Shown here piece after piece: positions 33,828 to 44,460 of a DNA stretch of 46,035 nt; positions within the stretch are counted from its first letter, which is position 1, and every line of letters starts with the position of its first letter. Made by a program: the position numbers and the translations under genes. This stretch comes from Thermotogaceae bacterium (lineage in GTDB: Bacteria > Thermotogota > Thermotogae > MWEM01). The stretch lies in the NCBI GenBank assembly GCA_012744415.1, contig JAAYCF010000065.1, forward strand, positions 1 through 46,035, written 5' to 3'. The notes beneath the pieces are model-generated. The model did no database searches, was not told the DNA's origin, and was given only the letters and a program-made list of their open reading frames with translations.

Positions 33828-34574
33828 TTAACATGAAGCATCGAACTTTCTTCTCTCTCTTTCATCCAGTAAGCGGGAAAAACATCTCCAATCAGAAAAG
33901 GTGTCTGATTTATTCGCGTCCTCTCCCGTTCCGGATAAACCCGCAGCGTCTTTCCGATACCACAATGTCTCCATTCCGACGGCTTGCGCCCCGAGAATAT
34001 CGCTTTCGTAGGAATCGCCTATATACAGGCTTTCTTCCGGTGAAGTCCGAAATCGCTCCAGAATGGATAAGAACATATCCGGATGAGGTTTTCCGACACC
34101 GACCTCTTCGGAGGTAAGGATATGTGTAAAGAAGGGTTTAAGTCCCGAAAGCGCCACTCTCCGCTCTTGAACCCGGCGAACGCCGTTGGAGAGTAATCCC
34201 ATCCGATAGCCCCTTTCTTGAAGCTTTTCCAGGGTTTCATAGGCGTGATCCTCCAAGATGGCGATTTCGGAAAGGTTCGTTAGATACCGGGCGTTGATCT
34301 CGGCAGCCAAGGGAAAAAGAACCCCGAGCGCCGTGCCGCACAAGAACCGTTGGAATCGACGTACCGTCGTTTCTTCTTTGGTTTGGTTCCCCAACTCGAA
34401 CTGTCGCCACTCTTCCCGGTTGATCCGGGTATATTCGGCCGTCTGGGCGTCGCTCAAAGTGTGACCATAAGCCGCAAGCGTCTTTTGCAGCGCGATCTGT
34501 TCGCTTTTCGAAAAATCGAGCAGCGTGCCGTCGAGGTCGAAAACGAGGAGGAAACAGCGTCGGCAGCTGGTCAT
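33828..34574 (-). CDS. HAD-superfamily hydrolase (YjjG-like nucleotidase/phosphatase subfamily IA)
   Basis: Motif I 'LVFDLDGTLLD' and motif IV 'YIGDSYESDILGA'. ATG 34574 overlaps the pncA stop (ATGA); the listed start 34619 is a run-on. Confidence 0.75.
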   Translation of the reverse strand: MTSCRRCFLLVFDLDGTLLDFSKSEQIALQKTLAAYGHTLSDAQTAEYTRINREEWRQFELGNQTKEETTVRRFQRFLCGTALGVLFPLAAEINARYLTNLSEIAILEDHAYETLEKLQERGYRMGLLSNGVRRVQERRVALSGLKPFFTHILTSEEVGVGKPHPDMFLSILERFRTSPEESLYIGDSYESDILGAQAVGMETLWYRKDAAGLSGTGEDANKSDTFSDWRCFSRLLDERERRKFDASC

Positions 34575-35098
34575 ACCAACGCCACACCGAAAACGGATTT
34601 CAACTGGTCGTAGGTCCATTTACACACTTCATCTGAGGGACCTTCCGAAGCGTTCATCAGGACCGTTGTCGGGATCTCTCGGTAGAAAAGATCCTCGCAG
34701 GTGTACAAAATACAGATGTTGAGCATTACCCCGCACAGGGCAATCTCCTGGATCCGGTTCGTCTTGATGATCTCGTCGAGTTTGGTTTCCTTGAAAGCGG
34801 TGAAATACCGCTTATACAGTCGAATATGGCGATGATACCCGTTTAGCGACCGTTTCAATTCCGTCAAGAGGTCGGACCCCCACGTGTTTTGCAGACAATG
34901 CGGCGGGAAAAGCCGGAATTCGGGGTCGTTCGATTTATGCCAATCCTGGGTGGTAATAATATACTGCTCTTCTTCCTGAGCTTTCTCGACTGCCCGAATG
35001 ATACCGGTTATCCGTTCCGGAAAGCGGTTGTTGAACAAGACCCCTTCGGGTGAAAAGAAATCGTTCTGTACATCCACGACCAAAAGCGCTTTCATCAC
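34571..35098 (-). CDS. pncA: Nicotinamidase / isochorismatase-family cysteine hydrolase
   Basis: 'ALLVVDVQNDFF' and catalytic Cys context 'IALCGVMLNICI'. 10-nt gap after ligA. Confidence 0.75.
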   Translation of the reverse strand: MMKALLVVDVQNDFFSPEGVLFNNRFPERITGIIRAVEKAQEEEQYIITTQDWHKSNDPEFRLFPPHCLQNTWGSDLLTELKRSLNGYHRHIRLYKRYFTAFKETKLDEIIKTNRIQEIALCGVMLNICILYTCEDLFYREIPTTVLMNASEGPSDEVCKWTYDQLKSVFGVALV

Positions 35099-35108
35099 AC
35101 TCTCCTTT

Positions 35109-37139
<2,031 letters not shown>

Positions 37140-37793
37140 TCACCCCTTTTTCCACTTCAGAATCGCAGCTTTCGGTTCCTCTGCGCCAAATATGGCCGAT
37201 CCCGCCACCAGGATATCGGCTCCGCTCTCGCACAACTCTTCGTAGTTGTCATCGTTGACGCCGCCATCTACAGAGATGAGAAACCAGTTTTCCCCCGCTT
37301 CTCGCATTTGCGCCAGTTTTCTGATCTTTTCAAAGCTGCCCGAGATGAACCGCTGACCCCCGAATCCCGGATTCACGCTCATTATCAAAACCCCGTCCAC
37401 ATACGGCAGGATCTCTTCGAGAATAGAAACCGGCGTGTGCGGATTTAAAGAGACAAAGGCCTCTACCCCGGCGCTTTTGATTCTGGCGATCGAAGCATGG
37501 AGGTGTGGACAAGTTTCGTAGTGTACGGTTAGTGGGTTTGCCCCTGCCCGGATGAAAGTATCGATATAGTCGTCCGGCCGCGAGATCATGAGATGGACAT
37601 CCAGTTTAAGAGAAGTGACACGTCGGATGGCTTCTACCACCGGAATCCCGATCGTGATATTCGGCACATAATGGCCATCCATTACATCGATGTGGAGGTA
37701 ATCGCTAACCTCTTCGACGCGGCGAATCTCTTTCTCCAAATTCGCAAAATCCGCCGCCAGGATCGACGGTGAGACGCGAATACGATGTTTCAT
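37140..37793 (-). CDS. rpe: Ribulose-phosphate 3-epimerase
   Basis: 'PSILAADFANL', 'HIDVMDGHYVPN' and 'MSVNPGFGGQ' motifs. 4-nt overlap with rsgA. Confidence 0.9.
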   Translation of the reverse strand: MKHRIRVSPSILAADFANLEKEIRRVEEVSDYLHIDVMDGHYVPNITIGIPVVEAIRRVTSLKLDVHLMISRPDDYIDTFIRAGANPLTVHYETCPHLHASIARIKSAGVEAFVSLNPHTPVSILEEILPYVDGVLIMSVNPGFGGQRFISGSFEKIRKLAQMREAGENWFLISVDGGVNDDNYEELCESGADILVAGSAIFGAEEPKAAILKWKKG

Positions 37794-38749
37794 CTCTTCT
37801 CCTTTTGGTACTTGTTGATCGGATGTATGCGCTCGAAATCCACCAGCTCGCGAACCATCTGAAGGTAATTCTCATATCGAGAGAGGAGGATTTCTCCCTG
37901 ATCCACCTGCTCGTGGACTCGGCATCCCGGTTCATCTATATGCAAACAGTCTTCGTAATAACAGTGACTACCCGCCCTCACAAACTCCGGGAAACAAAAT
38001 TTCAGCTCATCGGAAGGAATATGCGTCAAGCTAAGATTCGCGAATCCGGGCGTATCCGCCACCAACCCTTTGTTCGCCACGGGCAGCAGCTCGGAATAGG
38101 TCGTCGTGTGTTTCCCAACTTCCAACTGCTTGGAGATTTCTCCTTCCTTCAACCCCAAAGAAGGATCGATCTGATTGAGCACCGTGCTTTTGCCCACACC
38201 GGACATGCCGGCCAAGGTGGATATTTTACCCGAGAGAACGGAGCTGACCTCGAGGATCCCTTCTCCTGTTTTCGCGGAGACGGGGATCACCGTGTAGTCC
38301 TTTGAATAATAGGCGACGTATTGTTCAAGGCGCTCCCGGCCTTCTCGATCCAGCAGATCGATTTTGTTGATAACCAGACATACTTCGAGGCTGTTACGTT
38401 CGGCCAGGACCAAAAACCGGTCTACGATAAACGCGGAAACTTCCGGATACTTCAACGATGTGACCAACAGGACCTGATCGATATTGGCAATATTCGGCCG
38501 ATCCAAGACATTCCTTCGGGGGAAGATATTCTCGATTCTCCCAGCAGGCATCGCTTCCACGCCGGGTGATGCCCCCGCGACCGTTTCTCGAAAGCCAATA
38601 TATTCCACGACATCGCCGATGATCGGGCGGATGTTTTGCGTTTTAAAACGTCCCCGCAGACTGCACATAAAACGCTTTTGCGTCAGCGCGTCTTCAACGG
38701 TGACGATATTCGAATGGAAACGGACTACGATTCCCTGGCGTCTATCCAT
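37790..38749 (-). CDS. rsgA: Ribosome small-subunit-dependent GTPase A
   Basis: Circularly permuted GTPase ('LVINKIDLL' then 'GMSGVGKSTVLN') with C-terminal Zn knuckle 'CYYEDCLHIDEPGC'. Confidence 0.9.
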   Translation of the reverse strand: MDRRQGIVVRFHSNIVTVEDALTQKRFMCSLRGRFKTQNIRPIIGDVVEYIGFRETVAGASPGVEAMPAGRIENIFPRRNVLDRPNIANIDQVLLVTSLKYPEVSAFIVDRFLVLAERNSLEVCLVINKIDLLDREGRERLEQYVAYYSKDYTVIPVSAKTGEGILEVSSVLSGKISTLAGMSGVGKSTVLNQIDPSLGLKEGEISKQLEVGKHTTTYSELLPVANKGLVADTPGFANLSLTHIPSDELKFCFPEFVRAGSHCYYEDCLHIDEPGCRVHEQVDQGEILLSRYENYLQMVRELVDFERIHPINKYQKEKR

Positions 38750-39336
38750 GTTTTCTCGCTTTGTTCGATGAAATCTTTCGAGTTTTCAAAAATCAATCCC
38801 ATCATGATGAGATCTTCCACCCGGCCGGAGTCGAAAACCACGGCGCCTCTACGCCGGCCTTCGACCTCAAAACCCAATGACTGATAGAGGGTTAATGCCC
38901 GGAGGTTGTGCCCCATCACATGCAAGGTCACTCTCTTCAACAAAGGATTTTCGGTAGCCCACGTAATAAAAATTTCCATCATGTGCCGTCCGATACCCGC
39001 TCCCTGATAGTCGACCGCGACCGAAATCCCGACTTCCCCATCGTGACTGATCCGCTGTTTCATCCCGCCCACAAAATTGAGGAGTCCGACAATCCGCTCG
39101 GAATGAACGGCCACGACCATCACCGCGTTCTTTCGAAGCGCATGCGCCTCGATGTAATCTTTCTCGTACTTCGCGTCTTGATTCACTTCCCAAGAGTTGG
39201 AGATCATATAATCGAAACGGTCCTGATTGTCTCGTATGTAGCGGATAACCCCTTTTGAGTCTTCTGTTTTCGCGCTCCTGAAAAGGATCTCTCTGTCGCG
39301 TCGATCCTTGAAAATACTCTGACGAATCTCTCCCAT
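38725..39336 (-). CDS. GNAT-family N-acetyltransferase
   Basis: Acetyl-CoA-binding block 'VAVDYQGAGIGRHMM'. AGGAG RBS. 25-nt overlap with rsgA. Confidence 0.75.
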   Translation of the reverse strand: MGEIRQSIFKDRRDREILFRSAKTEDSKGVIRYIRDNQDRFDYMISNSWEVNQDAKYEKDYIEAHALRKNAVMVVAVHSERIVGLLNFVGGMKQRISHDGEVGISVAVDYQGAGIGRHMMEIFITWATENPLLKRVTLHVMGHNLRALTLYQSLGFEVEGRRRGAVVFDSGRVEDLIMMGLIFENSKDFIEQSEKTWIDARES

Positions 39337-39422
39337 TTTACTCCTTTTTGATGAAGATACGGGGATTATACCATGGCCGCCTGTGCTATAATTCTCAGAC
39401 AGACCGATCGGGAGGTTAAAAG

Positions 39423-40598
39423 ATGGTAGTGGAGATTATTACGGTGGGGACGGAAATACTTCTCGGAGATATCGTCAATACGAATGCCCGGTACCTCGCC
39501 CGGAGAATTGCCGATTACGGTTTCAGTTGTTACCGCCAAACGGTCGTCGGAGACAATCCCGTTCGCTTGAAACAAGCGATTGGCTATGCCTTCGAATCGG
39601 CCGACCTTGTCATCGCCACGGGCGGATTGGGGCCGACCGATGACGACCTAACCAAAGAGGTTGCTGCAGCCTATTTTGGGATCCCGTTATGTTTTCACCT
39701 ACCCTCCTGGGAACGCATACAAGAACGCTTTGCCGACAGAATGATGCCGATTCCCGAATCCAACAGAAAGCAAGCCTTTTTCCCAATCGGCGCGCAGATA
39801 TTAGAAAACCCGAACGGAACCGCGCCGGGCGCTCTGTTCGGCAATGGTGAAAAAACGATTGTAGTCTTGCCGGGTCCCCCCTCAGAGATGATCCCCATGT
39901 TCGAGAATACGGTTGCCCCCTTTTTGGATGCAAAAAACAGCGGGGTGATCGTGTCGCGAGTCCTTAAAACTGTCGGGATCGGGGAAAGCGCTCTGGCCGA
40001 ACTTCTGAAACCGATTATCGACAGCCAAAGCAATCCCACCGTCGCAACCTATGCCTCGGAAGGGGAGATAACGGTCAGAGTAACCGCGCGCGCGCCCGAC
40101 AATCAAAACGCCATACAATTGATAGAAGAAACGCAACAATCGATCATTTGGTTGTTAGGGGACCTCTATTACGGTTATGACAACCAGTCTTTGGAAGAAC
40201 GCGTGGTCGAGCGCTTCGCCGCCCGGGGATGGGATCTGGCCGTCTTCGAGTCGATAACCGGGGGCGCCCTATTCGCTGCGCTTTCAGGTGTGAGCGGAGC
40301 GACTCGGGTATTATCTCGTGGATGGTGTTTTAACGCGGAGGAAAGAAGCCGTCACTGGCTTTCCGAAACCAAAACTGTCACAGGAGACGGAGCGCAGGCC
40401 TTCGCGAGAGCGGCAAAAGCGCGCGCGGGCACAAAAATCGGGATCGCCGTTCACATGGAGAATCCGCAACAAGCGACGATCGCCGTATGCTTTCCCGATA
40501 AAGAGGTCATAAAAATCGTCCGCTGCCTCGAACCGCTCGTCAAAGCGCGGCAACGGATCGTGAAACAAGCCCTGAATACCTTGCGTTTAGAGGGGTAG
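39423..40598 (+). CDS. cinA: CinA-family protein (MoCF-binding domain + nicotinamide-mononucleotide amidohydrolase PncC domain)
   Basis: N-terminus 'VEIITVGTEILLGDIVNTNARYLA' and C-terminal domain 'FESITGGAL'. Confidence 0.85.
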   Translation: MVVEIITVGTEILLGDIVNTNARYLARRIADYGFSCYRQTVVGDNPVRLKQAIGYAFESADLVIATGGLGPTDDDLTKEVAAAYFGIPLCFHLPSWERIQERFADRMMPIPESNRKQAFFPIGAQILENPNGTAPGALFGNGEKTIVVLPGPPSEMIPMFENTVAPFLDAKNSGVIVSRVLKTVGIGESALAELLKPIIDSQSNPTVATYASEGEITVRVTARAPDNQNAIQLIEETQQSIIWLLGDLYYGYDNQSLEERVVERFAARGWDLAVFESITGGALFAALSGVSGATRVLSRGWCFNAEERSRHWLSETKTVTGDGAQAFARAAKARAGTKIGIAVHMENPQQATIAVCFPDKEVIKIVRCLEPLVKARQRIVKQALNTLRLEG

Positions 40599-40625
40599 GT
40601 CTCTTGTTTTTGACTCGATATCTGC

Positions 40626-40654
40626 TTGCAATCGCACCGAATATGTGTTACACT
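40626..40654 (+). promoter_or_regulatory. Sigma70-type promoter candidate for the TAXI-TRAP operon
   Basis: TTGCAA, 17-nt spacer, TACACT, with a TGT extended -10. About 105 nt upstream of the receptor start. Confidence 0.4.
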
Positions 40655-40758
40655 ATATTTATCATTCATTCCACCTCATATTCTGGACTTTTCGTCTGCA
40701 CCCAATTTCGGATTATTTTCGCGTTATTGGCAACATACATATGAAGGAGGAGATCTAC

Positions 40759-41703
40759 GTGAAAAAAGTCACTTTCCTAATCACTCTGGCACTCTTGTTC
40801 TCTCTCACTCTCAGTTTTGGCGTAATGAATCTGTATATGGCCACAGGCGGTACTTCTGGAACCTACTATCCCTTTGGCGGAGCCGTTGCCCAGGTGATCG
40901 GCCAACGCTACCCCGAAGTCCGCATCCGTGTGCAGTCTACCGGCGCCTCGGCCGCGAACATCCGTCTTATCGCCGAGAAAGAAGTCGACATCGCGCTCGT
41001 CCAGAACGATGTGATGCACTACGCTTACACCGGCACCGTCCTTTTCAAAGCAGGCAAAATCACCAACTTCTATACGTTGGCAACCGTGTACACGGAAGTG
41101 TGCCAGGTCATCACAAGAGCCGATTCTGGAATCAATACCATCGCCGATCTGAAGGGGAAGAGAGTATCGGTAGGGGATGCCGGAAGCGGCGTTGAAGCCA
41201 ATACGATCCAGATTTTGGAAGCCTACGGAATGACCTTCAAAGACATCAACGTCCAAAACTTGTCCTTTGCCGAATCCGCTTCGGCGCTTAAGGATCGAAA
41301 GATCGACGCGTTCTTTGTCACGGCTGGCATTCCGACAACCGCGATCGTCGAGCTCGCCAGTACCAATGCGGTAAAAGTGCTGCCCGTCGACGTTGAGAAA
41401 GCCAGCACGCTGATCAACAACTTCCCATTCTATGTCAACTTCATCATTCCTGCGAATACCTACAAAAACCAAACAGAACCTGTGAACACCGTTGCCGTTA
41501 AAGCGACCTTCATCGTTCGCGCCGATCTTCCGCTCGATACGGTCTACAACATCACCAAAGCGATTTTCGAAGGACAGGCGGAGATCGCGGAAGCCCACGC
41601 CAAAGGAAAAGAGTTTAACCTTCAAGAAGCTGTGAAAGGAGTCTCTGTTCCTTTCCATCCCGGAGCGGAAAAATACTTCCGTGAGGTCGGAGCGATTCAA
41701 TAA
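40759..41703 (+). CDS. TAXI-family TRAP transporter solute-binding receptor
   Basis: 'ATGGTSGTYYPFGGA' TAXI block and signal peptide 'VKKVTFLITLALLFSL'. GTG 40759 lies 7 nt after AAGGAGGAG; the listed 40645 start is a run-on. Confidence 0.8.
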   Translation: MKKVTFLITLALLFSLTLSFGVMNLYMATGGTSGTYYPFGGAVAQVIGQRYPEVRIRVQSTGASAANIRLIAEKEVDIALVQNDVMHYAYTGTVLFKAGKITNFYTLATVYTEVCQVITRADSGINTIADLKGKRVSVGDAGSGVEANTIQILEAYGMTFKDINVQNLSFAESASALKDRKIDAFFVTAGIPTTAIVELASTNAVKVLPVDVEKASTLINNFPFYVNFIIPANTYKNQTEPVNTVAVKATFIVRADLPLDTVYNITKAIFEGQAEIAEAHAKGKEFNLQEAVKGVSVPFHPGAEKYFREVGAIQ

Positions 41704-42214
41704 TCCTTTGATCGATTCATATTCAGGCGCACGTTTTCGTGCGCCTGATTCTTTCTTTGTTCGCGTTCGCGCTCTTCTTTTACCAATCTTGGTTAGCACG
41801 TTTTTCACGTTTGGCTTCGCGCAGGCCTTGATCATCGAAGATACGATTTCTTCCGAGGCGATTGCCCGGTTTGATCTGTTTGAAGGGGAATCTTTCTCGA
41901 TCGGTTTCGTCCATTCGGTCAATCAAAGTCCCGTTGAAGAGACCTATCAGATTCTCGAAGGGAAGATTTGGCTCATTTCTTGTTTATACTACCACTTTGG
42001 GGCAGGAGTCCTCACGGAGGTCCAACCGGGACAAGAAATGGTGGCGCAACCGGATGGCGGCATGCTCATTCGCGGTCTCTTTTATGAGATAGACGAACTG
42101 TTGTATATCGTCGGTACGGTAAGCGATCATGTGTTGAAAATAAAAGGAAAGATTGTCAGTTTGAGAGAACTATGCGGTCAAAATCGAAAGATTCTGTTAC
42201 GTTATCGGCAATGA
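41681..42214 (+). CDS. DUF1850-like small protein of TAXI-TRAP loci
   Basis: Sits between the TAXI receptor and the fused permease. Signal-like 'RVRALLLPILVSTFFTFGFAQA' and block 'FSIGFVHSVNQSPVEETY'. The only in-frame start upstream of the signal is GTG 41681, which gives a 23-nt overlap with the receptor gene. Confidence 0.55.
   Translation: MRSERFNNPLIDSYSGARFRAPDSFFVRVRALLLPILVSTFFTFGFAQALIIEDTISSEAIARFDLFEGESFSIGFVHSVNQSPVEETYQILEGKIWLISCLYYHFGAGVLTEVQPGQEMVAQPDGGMLIRGLFYEIDELLYIVGTVSDHVLKIKGKIVSLRELCGQNRKILLRYRQ
41723..41760 (+). terminator. Strong hairpin plus T-rich tract just after the TAXI receptor stop (partial terminator/attenuator)
   Basis: TCAGGCGCACG-TTTT-CGTGCGCCTGA (11-bp stem) followed by TTCTTTCTTTGTT. 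It lies inside the 5' part of the DUF1850 reading frame. Confidence 0.55.
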
Positions 42215-42321
42215 ACGATGTCATCCGTAGTCATAAAAACCATCTCGCTTGGCAAATCAAGTGCCGACTTTTAAACAAAACGGCGCGATGAGATCAAGCG
42301 GAATATCCGGAGGTGTTTCCC

Positions 42322-44349
42322 GTGGCGGGAGATAAAAAAAAGGCGTCAAAAAACGCACAAGAAATGAAAACTGTCGAAGATCAAAAGGCAAAGATGACTG
42401 GCGGAAACGAAAGCGATGAATTTGAAGTGGTGAGCGAAGAACAGGTGAAAGCGGTTCTCGCGCAATATGATCGCGAATCGAACACGAGGGAGTTCACCGG
42501 TATCCCGAAGTTTATTATCCGCTGGATGCTGGTGGCGTTCTCCATCTTCGCGGTTTTAGCCAATATCGTCTTTACCCTCCCCGAGCAAATCAAACGGGCG
42601 AGTTTTCTCGGGATCGTCATCTTCATCGCCTTTCTTCTGTTCCCCGCTTCAAAAAAAATCAAAAAACGCGTCAATTACGTGCCCTGGTATGACTTAGCCC
42701 TCGGAATCGTAGGATTCTGCGCCTTTTTTTATCTGGTCGTCAACTTCCGCACGATAGCCGATCGAGCCGGGTTATTCACTCAGACGGACCTGGTGTGGGG
42801 GGTTATCGGGATTCTGATCGTTCTGGAGATCTGCCGTCGGGCCGTCGGGTTGCCGATCGTCGTCGTTGTCTCGTGTTTCATTGCCTTCGCTTTTTATTCC
42901 GGTTTTTCTTTCAAGCGGATCGTCACCCACCTGTCCTATACCTTGGAAGGGGTTATCGGGATTCCGTTGGGGGTTTGTACGACTTTCATCGTGATGTTCA
43001 TCCTGTTTGGCGCCTTCCTTGAAAAAACGGGCGTCGGGCAATTTTTCATCGATATCTCCAATTCGATAGCCGGTTTTGCGAGCGGGGGACCCGCGAAGGT
43101 GGCCGTCATCGCCAGCGCGATGGAAGGAATGGTATCGGGAAGTTCAGTTTCCAATACCGTCGGTTCAGGAAGCTTTACCATCCCGATGATGAAAAAAATA
43201 GGCTATAAACCCGAATTCGCGGCCGCGGTAGAAGCGACGGCATCCACCGGCGGACAAATCATGCCCCCGATCATGGGCGCGGCGGCCTTTCTGATGGCGG
43301 AGATTACCGGCATACCCTATTCTAATATCGTCATCGCAGCGTTTTTACCCGCCGCCCTCTATTTCACCGGGATCTTCCTGATGATCCACTTCGAAGCGAA
43401 AAAACTCGGACTGAAGGGGTTAAGTAAAGAAGAGCTCCCGAATTTTTGGAAACTCTTCTTCACCAAAGGCTATCTGCTCATCCCGTTAGTCGTTATCATC
43501 TATCTGATGATGAGCGGGTCCACCCCGACGATGGCAGCCTTTTGGTCCATCGTTTCCGCGATTGCCGTCAGTATGGTCCGTAAAGATACGCGGCTTAACT
43601 TCACCAAAGCCACCGACGCTTTAGAAAATGGCGCGCGTAACACACTCGGCGTCGCGATCGCCTGTTCTGCCGCGGGAATCATCATCGGCGTCGTGACCTT
43701 GACGGGAGTGGGACTTGAGCTCGCGACAGGCTTGCTCACCCTTTCCGGGGGAATACCGATCCTGGCGCTGTTCTTCACAATGATCGCGTGTATCGTCTTG
43801 GGAATGGGCGTTCCCACCACTGCCAACTACGTTATTATGGCCACGATTACGGCCCCGATCGTCATGAAATTGGGGGTCCCGATTATGGCCGCCCATATGT
43901 TCGTCTTTTACTTCGGGATCGTCGCCGATATCACGCCCCCGGTCGCTTTAGCCGCCTATGCGGGTTCGGCCATCGCTCACTCGAATCCGTTAAAAACGGC
44001 CATCACGGCGACACGCTTGGCGATCGCGGCGTTCATCATTCCATACATGTTCGCGCTGAACCCTGCGATTCTTTTGGGGCCTCAATCTTTTGCGACCGTC
44101 GCCTCGACCTTTAAAGTGTTGTTTATGATTCTGACCTCTTTTGTCGGGATGTTCTCAATTTCAGTGGGGATGGAAGGGTATTTATTAAAGCATATGCGTT
44201 TTTGGGAAAGAATCCTCGCGATCGGGGCAGGCCTCCTGTTGATCGATCCCGGTTTGGTAACGGATATCGCCGGATTGTCTTTAATCGCCTTCGTCATCGC
44301 GCTTCAATATTTCGGATCGCGTTCAAGAAATCAACCGGTGGCGGCATAG
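42322..44349 (+). CDS. TRAP transporter fused 4TM/12TM permease (TAXI-type)
   Basis: About 18 TM helices with a hydrophilic N-terminal tail. GTG 42322 lies 8 nt after GGAGG; GTG 42313 and ATG 42364 are alternative starts. Confidence 0.85.
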   Translation: MAGDKKKASKNAQEMKTVEDQKAKMTGGNESDEFEVVSEEQVKAVLAQYDRESNTREFTGIPKFIIRWMLVAFSIFAVLANIVFTLPEQIKRASFLGIVIFIAFLLFPASKKIKKRVNYVPWYDLALGIVGFCAFFYLVVNFRTIADRAGLFTQTDLVWGVIGILIVLEICRRAVGLPIVVVVSCFIAFAFYSGFSFKRIVTHLSYTLEGVIGIPLGVCTTFIVMFILFGAFLEKTGVGQFFIDISNSIAGFASGGPAKVAVIASAMEGMVSGSSVSNTVGSGSFTIPMMKKIGYKPEFAAAVEATASTGGQIMPPIMGAAAFLMAEITGIPYSNIVIAAFLPAALYFTGIFLMIHFEAKKLGLKGLSKEELPNFWKLFFTKGYLLIPLVVIIYLMMSGSTPTMAAFWSIVSAIAVSMVRKDTRLNFTKATDALENGARNTLGVAIACSAAGIIIGVVTLTGVGLELATGLLTLSGGIPILALFFTMIACIVLGMGVPTTANYVIMATITAPIVMKLGVPIMAAHMFVFYFGIVADITPPVALAAYAGSAIAHSNPLKTAITATRLAIAAFIIPYMFALNPAILLGPQSFATVASTFKVLFMILTSFVGMFSISVGMEGYLLKHMRFWERILAIGAGLLLIDPGLVTDIAGLSLIAFVIALQYFGSRSRNQPVAA

Positions 44350-44410
44350 AGATACCTTTATTGGATTAACAAAGCGAACGGGGGTCGGGCGAGAATTAAC
44401 TTTGCCGATC

Positions 44411-44460
44411 CCCCTTAACAAAGAAAGGCATCGGATCCGATGCCTTTTTTTGTTAAGGGG
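44411..44460. terminator. Bidirectional terminator embedded in a 50-nt near-perfect palindrome
   Basis: The core AAAGGCATCGGA|TCCGATGCCTTT (44424-44447) has an A-rich 5' arm and a T-run 3' arm. The outer arms CCCCTTAACAAA / TTTGTTAAGGGG extend the symmetry. The right arm contains the stop codon of the minus-strand gene. Confidence 0.75.

Noticed and set aside
40777-41922. 381-aa ORF antisense to the TAXI receptor gene
   Set aside because: It fully overlaps a gene with clear family motifs on the other strand. Its product is R/G/D-rich and low-complexity with no RBS. This is a typical shadow ORF in roughly 50% GC DNA.
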